Positions 37,428-46,791 of a stretch of 64,000 nucleotides of DNA are shown in pieces. A program made the translations under genes and the position numbers. The stretch lies in contig OZ241362.1 of assembly GCA_965200315.1 (NCBI GenBank), positions 2,560,001 through 2,624,000 on the forward strand. The letters are read 5' to 3'. Origin of the DNA: Candidatus Latescibacterota bacterium (GTDB lineage Bacteria; Latescibacterota; UBA2968; UBA8231). Positions within the stretch are counted from its first letter, which is position 1; every line of letters begins with the position of its first letter. The notes beneath the pieces were generated by a model. That model searched no databases and was not told the DNA's origin. It worked only from the letters and a program-made list of their open reading frames with translations.

Positions 37428-37451
37428 GGGCGGTTCGCGAATCGCCCCTAT
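37424..37451. repeat. GTAG-type REP palindrome overlapping the stop codon
   Basis: gtaggggcggttcgcgaatcgcccctat. Confidence 0.8.
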
Positions 37452-37464
37452 ATCTGCTGGCGGA

Positions 37465-37500
37465 CTTCGACAAGCTCAGCCCGCGCAGCGCTTGTCGAAG
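37465..37500. repeat. Palindromic repeat cttcgacaagc...gcttgtcgaag
   Basis: Perfect 11-bp IR with a 14-nt loop. Confidence 0.7.
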
Positions 37501-37545
37501 CGCATCCCCGGAATCAACTTACTCGTGCGTAACATTATTTCTTAA

Positions 37546-37679
37546 CTGATGTTACGTAGTACGTGGCCGGTGGTTGGTTTTCGGCCCGATTTCCGCTGGG
37601 ATCGCGGACATCTTGCCCGCGGCGAGGGCGTCCCGCCCTCGATCCGACGAGGCCGGTGGCTGCGGGTGCGTAACATCAC
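37546..37679. mobile_element. 134-bp MITE, family A copy 2
   Basis: Ends ctgatgttacg / cgtaacatcac; perfect 7-bp TSD ttcttaa (37539-37545, 37680-37686); orphan right end gtgcgtaacattat at 37525-37538. Confidence 0.82.
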
Positions 37680-37701
37680 TTCTTAAAAAAGAGCATTCAG
37701 T

Positions 37702-40224
37702 GTGGAAGAACACGGTCGGGACTTAGAGCAGTCTGAACAGAAGATGCTCTGGGTCCTGTTCTTTTTTTCGGGGGTCAGCAGCTTAGTCTATCAGGTGGTG
37801 TGGGCGCGGATGCTGACCGTGGTCTTCGGCACCACCCTGCTGGCTACTAGCACCGTGCTCAGCGCCTTCATGGCTGGCCTAGCCTTGGGTAGTTGGGTTT
37901 TGGGGCGGCACATCGACCGCTGCAAGCACCCGCTACGAGTTTTTGCCGCGCTAGAAGCCGGCATCGGTCTTTTTGCCCTTTTCTTTCCCACCATTAGTGC
38001 GAATTTGGGAAATGCCTACGGTGCTCTAGCGGGATTACAGGGGAACTTCTACCTGTTTTCCTTAGCCCGCTTCGGCCTTTGCTTCGCCTTGCTCCTGATC
38101 CCCACGGCGCTGATGGGGGGCACCCTACCGGTCATGGCCAAGTTTGCGGTGCGGCGGCTGGGCCGGGTAGGCGGTCGGGTCGGACAGCTCTATGCGGTCA
38201 ACACGCTGGGGGCGGTCATCGGGGTGTTGGCGGCGACTTTCGGACTGATGGAAGGGCTGGGTTTGCAGGGGACGACGCAAGCTGTCGCTGCGGTGAATCT
38301 CTTGGTGGCGGGCGCGGCTTGGCTGTGGGGAGGTCAAAGAGCCGTCAGCGGCGAAGAGGTGGTAGAAAAAAAGACCGCGTACGCTGACCGCGTCCTGTGG
38401 GGCGTACTGGTCGGCTTTGCACTCTCTGGTTTTGCGGCCCTCGGCTACGAAGTGGCGTGGATGCGGCTGTTGATGGTGAGTTTCTCCTTCAATTCACACT
38501 ACGAGTTCAGCATTGTCTTGGTGGCCTTTTTGAGTGGATTGGCCTTGGGGGGGTGGCTGGGCAGTCGGCTACTCACGCGGCGGGCAGAGCTGCTCGCGAT
38601 TTTTGTCTGGGTCCAGTTTTTGATCGGCGTGTGCGGTGCCCTGTCCGTGTTGGCCTTTGCCCACTTATCCGCTCTTGTAGAGCCGATCCAGCGAGCGGAC
38701 TCGTGGTGGGTGTCCCGGACCGGCGTGTTTTTTACGGCTGTCGCCATCATGCTGCTGCCGACCGTGGCGATGGGCGTTATCTTTCCGCTAGTCAGCCAAA
38801 TCTACACGCGACAACTGGCGCGGCTGGGGCGCGGCATAGGGGATATAGGTGCTGTCAACAGCTTGGGCGCGGTTGGGGGGGCCTTTGTGACGGGGTTTGT
38901 GCTGATTCCGCTGCTGGGGACCGAGTGGAGCGTCAAGGTGCTGGCGGCGTTGAATGGCTTGGTTGGCCTAACCATCTCCTTAGTTAGCCTGCAACGCAAG
39001 CGGCTGGTCTGGGGCGGGGCGGCGGGTTTGGCTCTGCTGTTGGTCCTAGTGCCCTCGGATGTGCTACGGAGCATTGCCGAGCCAGAGGCCGTCAACCGGG
39101 AACTGGTATTTTACCGAGAAGGGGCCGAAGGCGTCATCACCGTTGAGCAACAAACCGATGGTTTCCGCAAAATGGCGCTCAATGGAGGCGGGCAAGTGCC
39201 TACCGACTACAGCTCGCTGCAAATTTTCCGCCTGTTGGGCCATTTGCCCCTGCTCCTGCATCCCGATCCTCAAGAGGTGTTGGTCGTCTCCTTGGGCGGC
39301 GGTATCGCCTTGGGGGCCGCCGCCCAGTACGAGCCGCGCCGCATCACTTGCGTCGAGTTGGTGCCAGAGGTAATAGACGCGGCCCGGACGCACTTTGGCG
39401 AATTTAATCACCACGTGCTTGAGAATCCGACTGCGTGGAATATCGAATTAGTTATCGACGACGGCCGCAACTTTCTCCTCTCCAGCCGCGACACCTACCA
39501 GATCATCACCGGGGACGCTACCCATCCGACGAGCGCCGATAGCTGGGTGCTCTACACCAAGGAATTTTACGAGTTGTGCCGGGCGCACCTGAGCACCGAC
39601 GGGATCATGGCCCAGTGGCTGCCCTTTCACGGCCTGCCGCCAGCCGACTACCAGACCATCGTGCGGACCTTTCAGCACGTCTTTCCCCACGCCACCTTGT
39701 GGCGCTCGAACAACTATTCGATCATGGTAGGGACCATGCAGCCGCAGGCGATTGATTGGGAGAGGCTCAAAGAGAAGATGGCTCCGCCGCGAGTGCATCG
39801 CAGCTTGGAAAACATTGATATGGGAAACGCATTTGCGCTCTTGAACAGCCTAGTGATGGACGAGGAGGCCCTGCGGCACTATGTGGGAGAAGGCCCGCTC
39901 AACACCGACGACCACCCCTACATAAGCTTTGTCAGCCCGAAGGGCTACAGCAGCGGCTCGTGGGAGGTGTTGGAAAACTTGGCCCCGCTCCGCACCTCGG
40001 CTCTGTCGCTGCTGACGACACCCTCTGCTGCAGTGCGAAAAAAACTAGAGGTCTATTTCCGGGCTGGAGAACACGCGCTAGAGGGGGACATCATGCGGCT
40101 GCAAAACCGCGACCGGGCCGCGGCAAGGGCTTATCAGCGTGCGCTACAGGCGAATCCCGCGGATAGCTCGTCGGCCTATTTTTTCGACCTACTGGCCGAG
40201 CAATTGTTGAGAATTAAAAATTAG
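37702..40224 (+). CDS. Fused membrane domain/spermidine synthase-like protein with C-terminal TPR
   Basis: SGVSSLVYQVVWAR, LYAVNTLGA, LGGGIA, VELVPEV, DDGRNFL, LYTKEFY, QWLP and NTDDHP motifs. Confidence 0.88.
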   Translation: MEEHGRDLEQSEQKMLWVLFFFSGVSSLVYQVVWARMLTVVFGTTLLATSTVLSAFMAGLALGSWVLGRHIDRCKHPLRVFAALEAGIGLFALFFPTISANLGNAYGALAGLQGNFYLFSLARFGLCFALLLIPTALMGGTLPVMAKFAVRRLGRVGGRVGQLYAVNTLGAVIGVLAATFGLMEGLGLQGTTQAVAAVNLLVAGAAWLWGGQRAVSGEEVVEKKTAYADRVLWGVLVGFALSGFAALGYEVAWMRLLMVSFSFNSHYEFSIVLVAFLSGLALGGWLGSRLLTRRAELLAIFVWVQFLIGVCGALSVLAFAHLSALVEPIQRADSWWVSRTGVFFTAVAIMLLPTVAMGVIFPLVSQIYTRQLARLGRGIGDIGAVNSLGAVGGAFVTGFVLIPLLGTEWSVKVLAALNGLVGLTISLVSLQRKRLVWGGAAGLALLLVLVPSDVLRSIAEPEAVNRELVFYREGAEGVITVEQQTDGFRKMALNGGGQVPTDYSSLQIFRLLGHLPLLLHPDPQEVLVVSLGGGIALGAAAQYEPRRITCVELVPEVIDAARTHFGEFNHHVLENPTAWNIELVIDDGRNFLLSSRDTYQIITGDATHPTSADSWVLYTKEFYELCRAHLSTDGIMAQWLPFHGLPPADYQTIVRTFQHVFPHATLWRSNNYSIMVGTMQPQAIDWERLKEKMAPPRVHRSLENIDMGNAFALLNSLVMDEEALRHYVGEGPLNTDDHPYISFVSPKGYSSGSWEVLENLAPLRTSALSLLTTPSAAVRKKLEVYFRAGEHALEGDIMRLQNRDRAAARAYQRALQANPADSSSAYFFDLLAEQLLRIKN

Positions 40225-40252
40225 GAATTGCGAGTTCTTAAATTTTTAATTC
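40212..40252. terminator. AT-rich inverted repeat at the gene end
   Basis: aattaaaaatt...aatttttaatt spanning the stop codon. Confidence 0.4.
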
Positions 40253-40256
40253 CTAC

Positions 40257-40379
40257 CTGACGTCACGCATGGGCCTCCCACATCTCTTGTCATTCCCGCC
40301 TAAACGGCACCCGCTTGCGCGGCGTACCGGAGGGGGCGGTCCCCATAACGCGCCAAGACGCGACAGCACGTAACGTCCG
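40257..40379. mobile_element. 123-bp degenerate MITE, family A copy 3
   Basis: Ends ctgacgtcacgc / acgtaacgtccg; flanks ttcctac / ttcccaa (5/7); internal ttgtcattcccg resembles copy 1. Confidence 0.55.
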
Positions 40380-40392
40380 TTCCCAATTGATT

Positions 40393-42336
40393 ATGAACGC
40401 CTTGGGCAGCAAAAATAGAGAAGGGGTACCGTATCGGGCCTTGCTCGTCGGTGCTTTGATGGCCGTGGTGATCAACACGGTTTTTCCCTATGGCCTCTTG
40501 GTGATGGGAACCCTCGATTGGACCGGGGATTTCATCGCCCTGAGCGCGATTTTTCTTCTCTTTCTCCTGCTACTGGTCAACATTCCGCTCAAGTGGCTCG
40601 GGCGCCGATGGACCTTATCGGCCCAAGAGTTGGTGGTGATCTACGCCATGATGGTCGCGGCTTCGGCGATTCCCTCCACTGGGGTCACGGCTCAGTTGGT
40701 CCCCTTTTTGGCCGGAGTCTATTACTACGCCACGCCCGAAAACAACTGGGCCGAATTGCTCCACCCCCATATCCAGCCGTGGCTGGCCCCGCAAGACCCG
40801 ATGGCGGTCAAGTACTTCTATGAAGGGTTGCCCCAAGAGGCGGCCATCCCCTGGGGAGCATGGTTGGTGCCCCTGTTGGCGTGGGCTTCTTTTTTGGCAG
40901 CGCTCTATTTGATGATGATTGCCCTGTCGGCACTGCTGCACGAACAATGGGCCCGCAACGAACGCCTGATCTTCCCGCTCGTCCAGTTGCCGCTGTACAT
41001 GATCCACGAGGACGACAGGCCCTCGGCGGTCAATCCCTTTCTGAAGGAACCGCTGATGTGGCTGGGGTTTGCCATTCCCTTCGTCCTATTGGGAATCAAT
41101 GCCCTGCACAAGTACTATCCCTTTGTTCCGCCCATCGAGTTGTCGACCCAGTTGGCCGTCTTCCACGATATGCGGGGCGTCTTGTTCAACTTGTGGTTTA
41201 TCGTCCTCGGCCTGACGTACTTCCTCAGTCTCGAAGTATCCTTTAGTCTGTGGTTTTTCTACTTGCTCAACTTCTTCCAGTTGGGCCTTTTCAACACCTT
41301 TGGGTTCAGCATTGCAGAAATCCGGCTGATGCACACCGAAGGGTCCATCGCCACCGCTCAGCAAGCCATGGGGGCGTTGATTGCCCTTGTGGCGGCCAGC
41401 TTGTGGACGGCCCGTCGGCACCTCAAAGAGATCGTCGCCAAGGCCTGGAAAAAGAAGGAGCCGGGCGAGGGGCAGATGCTCTCCTACCGCAAGGCGATAT
41501 GGCTCCTGATAGGGGCCTTCCTCTACGCGGTCTTATGGCTGAAAAGCGCGGGCTTGCCCGTGGGGGCGGCCCTGCTGTTGCTCGTTATTGCCTTTGTGGT
41601 ATTCGTCGGGTTGACGCGGATCGTCGCCGAAGGGGGCATGGGGTATGGCCGGGCGCAGATGACGCCAACAGCCTTTGCGCTCAATGCGCTGGGCACGGCA
41701 CCCATTGGGTCGCGCGGATTGATGGTGCTCGGGTTTGCCAATGGCTGGGCCGGGGATATCCGCACGACCGTTATGGCAGCGGCTTCCAACAGCACCCGGC
41801 TGGCCGAAGTAGTAGGGACGCGCCGGCCGCCGCTCTTTTGGGCTTTGCTCATAGCCATCGCCGTGAGTTTGGTCGCCTCGGCTTGGACGGTACTTTCCAT
41901 CGCCTATACCTATGGAGGGGTCAATCTCCACTACTGGTTTTACAGCATTATGGGCCGCTGGACGTTTAACGACCTAGCGGCGAATCAGCTCAATCCGGTG
42001 GCCGCGTGGAATTTCTGGGGGCCGCGGGGCACGTTCACCGGCTTGGGGGCTGGGCTGATGTTTTTGTTGTTGTACCTGCGCCACCGCTTCTTGTGGTGGC
42101 CCATCCATCCGATCGGCCTGCCGGTGGGGGGGACCTATGTGATGTTTTTCGCTTGGTCGAGTATGGCGCTGGGCTGGCTGGCGAAGTGGATCGTATTGAA
42201 GTACGGCGGCGTTAAGCTCTTTCGCCGGCTGCGGCCCTTTTTTCTCGGCATGGTGTTGGGCCAAGTCAGCAGTGCGGGTTTGTGGATGGCGGTGGATCTG
42301 ATTGCCGGGTGGGATGCCGTGGTGACGCGATGGTAG
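40393..42336 (+). CDS. DUF6785/DUF6784-type polytopic membrane protein, paralog 2
   Basis: ELVVIYAM, YYATPENNW, EQWARNERLIFPL, DIRT, WWPIHPIG and LKYGG...LRPFFLG motifs. Confidence 0.8.
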   Translation: MNALGSKNREGVPYRALLVGALMAVVINTVFPYGLLVMGTLDWTGDFIALSAIFLLFLLLLVNIPLKWLGRRWTLSAQELVVIYAMMVAASAIPSTGVTAQLVPFLAGVYYYATPENNWAELLHPHIQPWLAPQDPMAVKYFYEGLPQEAAIPWGAWLVPLLAWASFLAALYLMMIALSALLHEQWARNERLIFPLVQLPLYMIHEDDRPSAVNPFLKEPLMWLGFAIPFVLLGINALHKYYPFVPPIELSTQLAVFHDMRGVLFNLWFIVLGLTYFLSLEVSFSLWFFYLLNFFQLGLFNTFGFSIAEIRLMHTEGSIATAQQAMGALIALVAASLWTARRHLKEIVAKAWKKKEPGEGQMLSYRKAIWLLIGAFLYAVLWLKSAGLPVGAALLLLVIAFVVFVGLTRIVAEGGMGYGRAQMTPTAFALNALGTAPIGSRGLMVLGFANGWAGDIRTTVMAAASNSTRLAEVVGTRRPPLFWALLIAIAVSLVASAWTVLSIAYTYGGVNLHYWFYSIMGRWTFNDLAANQLNPVAAWNFWGPRGTFTGLGAGLMFLLLYLRHRFLWWPIHPIGLPVGGTYVMFFAWSSMALGWLAKWIVLKYGGVKLFRRLRPFFLGMVLGQVSSAGLWMAVDLIAGWDAVVTRW

Positions 42337-42340
42337 GCTG

Positions 42341-43978
42341 CTACGGCTCGCGCACGGTCAGCACCTGATTGGCCGCCACATCGCGCAGCGTCTGCACCGT
42401 GCCGCTGGGCCAGTGGAGGACGACGCTTTCGACGATGGCGGCGCTGCCCAAACCAAAGTGGACCTTGAGATCGCTGTGCGATAGGAAGCTGGTGCCGCTG
42501 CGCACCTCGGCGGCCTGGTGCTTACCCGCGGCACTTATTTCGATCCGGGTGCCAATTCCGTCGCGGTTGCTGCGAGTGCCTACGGTGGCGATCTGCAAGT
42601 AGTTGCCCTTGTTGCCGCCATCATTGCGCAGGAGATTGGGCGTGCTGTTGAGATTTAAGACGAAGAGGTCGATGTCGCCGTCGCGATCGTAGTCGGCAAA
42701 GCTGGTCCCTCGGCTCACCTCGACTAAGGCAAAGCCCGAACCAGCGCGTGCAGAAACCTCGGCAAAGGTGCCGTCGCCCAAGTTTTGGTAGAGGAAATTA
42801 GGCTCGGCATAGCTGCTGTTGGTATGGGGCAAGTCGGCTTGGGGATAGGTGTGGCCATTGGCCGCGAAGAGGTCTTGGTCGCCATCGTTGTCAAAGTCGA
42901 AAAACCCTGCGCCCCACCCCACCTCGGGAATGCCCTGCGCCGCAATGCGGGATATGAAGGATACGTCGAGAAAAAATCCACCGCGCTGATTTTTGTAGAG
43001 GGTATTGTACTCGCCTTCAAAGTTGGTGACAAAGATATCGAAGTAGCCATCGTTGTCGTAATCGCCAACCGCCGCGCCCATGCACCCCTGTTCGGTGCCG
43101 TCGCCGCTATAGGCCACGCCCGCGCTGAGCCCCGTGTCCACAAAGAGGCCGTCGCCTTGGTTGTGGTACAGATTGTTAGGGGCCGAGTCGTTGGCGACGA
43201 AAATATCGGGCCAGCCATCGCGGTCAAAATCGCCGAAGACGACCCCGTACCCATAGTACTTTGCACCAGCAATGCCGACTTCCTCGCTGCGGTCTGCTAG
43301 GGTGCCGTCACCCCTGTTGTGGTAGAATACATCGCCAGCCGGGAGCAAGCCGCGCGGGCCGCAAAAAATATCGACGGTCTTCCATACACAGGGGACAGTA
43401 GAATTGTATTCCCGCGAAAAGTCGATGTAATTGGCCACGTATAGATCGACATAGCCGTCTAGATCGGCATCGCCGAAAGCGCAGCCGACGCCCCATCTTG
43501 TGTCCCCAACGCCAGCTTTTTCAGTGCCATCCGCAAACGTGCCATCGCCCTGATTCTGATAGAAAGTATTGCGGCCAAAGTTGGTCACGTACAGGTCCAA
43601 ATCGCCGTCGTTGTCGTAGTCGGCAGCGGCACAACCCATGGACCAACTCGTGTCACCCACCCCGGCCGCGCCAGTGACGTCGATAAAGCGATCCCCGTGG
43701 TTGCGGTAGAGGTGGTTGGTCGGCTCTTGGCCCGGTGGAAAGCCTTCAAAGCGGGAGCCGTTGGCCACGTATAGATCGACATAGCCGTCGCTGTCGTAGT
43801 CGAAAAAGGCCGTGCCCCCCACAGCGGTTTCAACGATGTATTCCTGTGTGCGGCCCGAGACGTTCCGCGCCGTGATGCCGAGCGCGGCAGCTTGGTCGGT
43901 GAACTGAGTGGGTAGGGGTTGGGCTGACACGAGGGCCGTACACAGGAGGACGAAGCCTCCGCTAACTAGCGAGTACAT
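42341..43978 (-). CDS. CRTAC1/ASPIC-UnbV FG-GAP repeat protein
   Basis: Signal peptide VSA|Q, repeated DYDNDGD.DL, SNRDGIG...SFLSHSD..VHFGLG...WPSG. Confidence 0.92.
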   Translation of the reverse strand: MYSLVSGGFVLLCTALVSAQPLPTQFTDQAAALGITARNVSGRTQEYIVETAVGGTAFFDYDSDGYVDLYVANGSRFEGFPPGQEPTNHLYRNHGDRFIDVTGAAGVGDTSWSMGCAAADYDNDGDLDLYVTNFGRNTFYQNQGDGTFADGTEKAGVGDTRWGVGCAFGDADLDGYVDLYVANYIDFSREYNSTVPCVWKTVDIFCGPRGLLPAGDVFYHNRGDGTLADRSEEVGIAGAKYYGYGVVFGDFDRDGWPDIFVANDSAPNNLYHNQGDGLFVDTGLSAGVAYSGDGTEQGCMGAAVGDYDNDGYFDIFVTNFEGEYNTLYKNQRGGFFLDVSFISRIAAQGIPEVGWGAGFFDFDNDGDQDLFAANGHTYPQADLPHTNSSYAEPNFLYQNLGDGTFAEVSARAGSGFALVEVSRGTSFADYDRDGDIDLFVLNLNSTPNLLRNDGGNKGNYLQIATVGTRSNRDGIGTRIEISAAGKHQAAEVRSGTSFLSHSDLKVHFGLGSAAIVESVVLHWPSGTVQTLRDVAANQVLTVREP

Positions 43979-44024
43979 CGCTTTTGCTGCCAGCTCAAAT
44001 GTGAGGGCCGTGCGACCGTCATGG

Positions 44025-45731
44025 CTAGGGAGCGGGAATTTCTTGGGAAAAAAACTGGAGAGCGAAGTAGTTCAAGGACCCATCTTCTACTTCGACGGTG
44101 GGTTGTAGAGCGCCGCCTCGGTACTGGGTGAGAAAAATATAGGATCTGTACCCCCGTTCTGAAAGGCGTTGCAACAGGTGCTCGTAGTGTCTGGGGGTGG
44201 AGACGTGAAAGAAGGGCCTTTGGTAAAATTCGCCGCAGAGGGCGTGGGGAACCCAGCGCCGATTGGTGATGACGACCTCTTCGCTGCGCTGGCGCATCTC
44301 GCTATTGAGGCGATAGGAGAAGGCTTTCTTCTGCGCGAGAAGCGAAATTCCATACACTTGGGCGGCCAAGCTAATCACTAGCACAGCACCCACAGCGAGA
44401 GCGCTTACTCTGAAGTAGGGCTGCTGGCGTTCCAGCCAGTCAATCAAGTTTGCGGCCGCTAAGACCGCGAAGAGCGGGTAGAGGAGCAGAAAGTAGCGGT
44501 TGCCCCAGTGGATGCCCATGGAACCTACCTTGGGCGCGGCCAAGGCGTAGAGTGCGGCAAAGCTCAAGGCGACCAGCCAAATCCAGCGTCTAAAAGCAGA
44601 CGTTGCGGAACCAGCGGAACGCAAGAAGGCCAAGGCTACAAAGGGAGCCGAGGCAAACAGGGCATTGGACGATTTGAGCATGTAGTCGATGGGACTCGCG
44701 GAAAAAAAATAACCCCCGAGCGACAAACCGGCACTTACTAGGGCCACAGCACTGTACGCGGGCACGGCCTTTGACAAAGCCGGGGGCGCAAAGCGCGGGT
44801 TAAGTACAAAGGCAAGGACGAAGGGAAGGACGAGGACGAGGGATAGCGCGGGAATCGGGTTGGACGCGATGAAGAGGTTGTAAAACACCCGCGGCCGCGC
44901 CTCAAAATGGTGGACCCAGTCGGCGGCCGTGGCCAAGTGCGTATTCAAATGGTAACCGAAGGGATGGCCGATGGTCAGCCATTGGAAGAGCCAGAGCGGC
45001 AGGAGGGAAGCAAAGAGGATCAGGGCCGACGAGACGAGGATTTTTAACCTGCCTGCGCTGGCATAAAAGGCAGTGCATAAGGCCAGCACCAAGCAAAGCA
45101 AATAGAACTCGTCTCTGAAATAGACCGATAATCCGGCCGCGGCCATGCCCAAGCCTAGGTGCTTGGGGGCGGAGTCTGCGAGAAACTGCAACAGATAGCG
45201 CACACTCCAAACCCCCAAACAAATCGCCGGGGTGTGCTCCCAGAAAACGAGACTGTAGAAAAACACCGGCGTGCAGAGTCCGGCGGTGAGGACGGCGACA
45301 TGCCCGACCGCAATTCGCGGAGAGACCAAACTCGCCAGTTGGGCCAAGCCAGCCAACATGGCCAGCGAGGAGAGCGCCGGTAACAGATAAAGCCCCCAAT
45401 GGCCTAAGTGGGCAAAAAAAAGGGCGGAGATAAGGGCAAAGACCGGTGAGAAAACGGAATAGAGTTTGCCGGACTCGACGCGCGTGAAATAATAGGGCAG
45501 GGGATTGTAAACGAAGTCTGGATCGACGATCTGCCCCGGCCAAGGGATGGAAAAATCTGTGTAGCTACTGGTAGCTAAGGCTTGGACTTGGAGGAATTTG
45601 TTGGCGTTATCGGTAATCCAAAAGCCGCGTTTTTCGAGGATGCAGAGGGCGGCGAAATAGCAGACTGAGATGGCGAGCAGAGAGCACAGGACTGAGCGGC
45701 CGGGATGGAATCGGCGGAAGAGAACGACCAT
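44025..45731 (-). CDS. Polytopic membrane protein, GT-C glycosyltransferase-like
   Basis: N-terminal TM followed by acidic loop WITDN..K, FYS..FWEH, FRDE and WGNRY motifs; about 13 hydrophobic segments and a soluble C-terminal domain. Confidence 0.6.
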   Translation of the reverse strand: MVVLFRRFHPGRSVLCSLLAISVCYFAALCILEKRGFWITDNANKFLQVQALATSSYTDFSIPWPGQIVDPDFVYNPLPYYFTRVESGKLYSVFSPVFALISALFFAHLGHWGLYLLPALSSLAMLAGLAQLASLVSPRIAVGHVAVLTAGLCTPVFFYSLVFWEHTPAICLGVWSVRYLLQFLADSAPKHLGLGMAAAGLSVYFRDEFYLLCLVLALCTAFYASAGRLKILVSSALILFASLLPLWLFQWLTIGHPFGYHLNTHLATAADWVHHFEARPRVFYNLFIASNPIPALSLVLVLPFVLAFVLNPRFAPPALSKAVPAYSAVALVSAGLSLGGYFFSASPIDYMLKSSNALFASAPFVALAFLRSAGSATSAFRRWIWLVALSFAALYALAAPKVGSMGIHWGNRYFLLLYPLFAVLAAANLIDWLERQQPYFRVSALAVGAVLVISLAAQVYGISLLAQKKAFSYRLNSEMRQRSEEVVITNRRWVPHALCGEFYQRPFFHVSTPRHYEHLLQRLSERGYRSYIFLTQYRGGALQPTVEVEDGSLNYFALQFFSQEIPAP

Positions 45732-45760
45732 GTATGGAACGCAGAGAAGTTTGGCGATGC

Positions 45761-46789
45761 TTACGGCGAACTGGGCGACAAATTGTCGAAGACGATGAAC
45801 TGATGCTCAGCCAATCCGAGCTGCTCGGCTAGTGTATAACCAGCGCTCATCGGCAAGGAGGGGTTCAATTCCACGATCATCAGGTCTCGCTTGTCGGTGC
45901 CGATCTGGCCCAACTGGGCCAGTCCGTCCAAGCTGCTCAGGAGGGTATTGCCGCCAATGTAGAGGCTCTTACCCACTTGCCTGAGATTGTCCAATCCAGC
46001 CAAGTTTTGCAGGGCTTGGTTGCGGTTTATGCTCACAGCACCTCCGACCGCCGTCAGAGCGTTCAACCCTTCCAAGTGCTTGAGGACGGGATGCTCATCA
46101 ATGGCCAACCCACCCTTAATAGTCGCAATTCCGTTCAAACCCCGCAGGTCTCTGAGCGCGCCATTGAATATGAGCAGCAAATCCCCCTCTACCACCGAGA
46201 GACTGCCCAGCCCCTTTAGATCTCGCAGGGCCTTGTTATCCCTGATTTTGATGCTACCCCCCACGTGAGTCAGCCCGCTCAGACCATCTATGTTAATCAA
46301 CTCGGTCGTGGCATCGACGAAGAGATGGCCGTCGACGCGCCTGAGCGCTTTAAGCCCATTGAGGTCTCGCAGCGAAAAATTGCAGCTAATCTCGAAATTT
46401 CCTCCCACGCGTTCTAGCTGTTCTAGCCCTTGCAGTGCAATCAATCCATTGGAGAGAATATAGAAATTCCCTTCTACATAGCTGAGATTGTGCAGCCCTT
46501 TCAGGTCGGTCAGTGCCCCGTTATTCCGAATTGCGAAATCTCCCTCTACTCCGACCAGATTGTGCAGCGGCTCTATGCTGCTCAAGTACGCATTCTCCAA
46601 TAAAAAATCCCCCTGCACCACAAAAGCGTTCTTCTGCGCCCCCGCCCAAGCATCTAACTCCTCCTGAGACCCAATAACTATCGCCCCAGTCCCCCCAACG
46701 GCCAGCGGATCTTCAGACTCTCCCTGACAGCCGACCCAAAGGGCGACCCCCAAGACAGAGATTCCAAAACCCCATCTCCAACTAGCCAT
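45761..46789 (-). CDS. Receptor-L-domain-like repeat lipoprotein
   Basis: Lipobox WVGC; about 11 repeats of GGxLxIxxNxxLxxLxGLxxLxxV. Confidence 0.85.
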   Translation of the reverse strand: MASWRWGFGISVLGVALWVGCQGESEDPLAVGGTGAIVIGSQEELDAWAGAQKNAFVVQGDFLLENAYLSSIEPLHNLVGVEGDFAIRNNGALTDLKGLHNLSYVEGNFYILSNGLIALQGLEQLERVGGNFEISCNFSLRDLNGLKALRRVDGHLFVDATTELINIDGLSGLTHVGGSIKIRDNKALRDLKGLGSLSVVEGDLLLIFNGALRDLRGLNGIATIKGGLAIDEHPVLKHLEGLNALTAVGGAVSINRNQALQNLAGLDNLRQVGKSLYIGGNTLLSSLDGLAQLGQIGTDKRDLMIVELNPSLPMSAGYTLAEQLGLAEHQFIVFDNLSPSSP

Positions 46790-46791
46790 AC

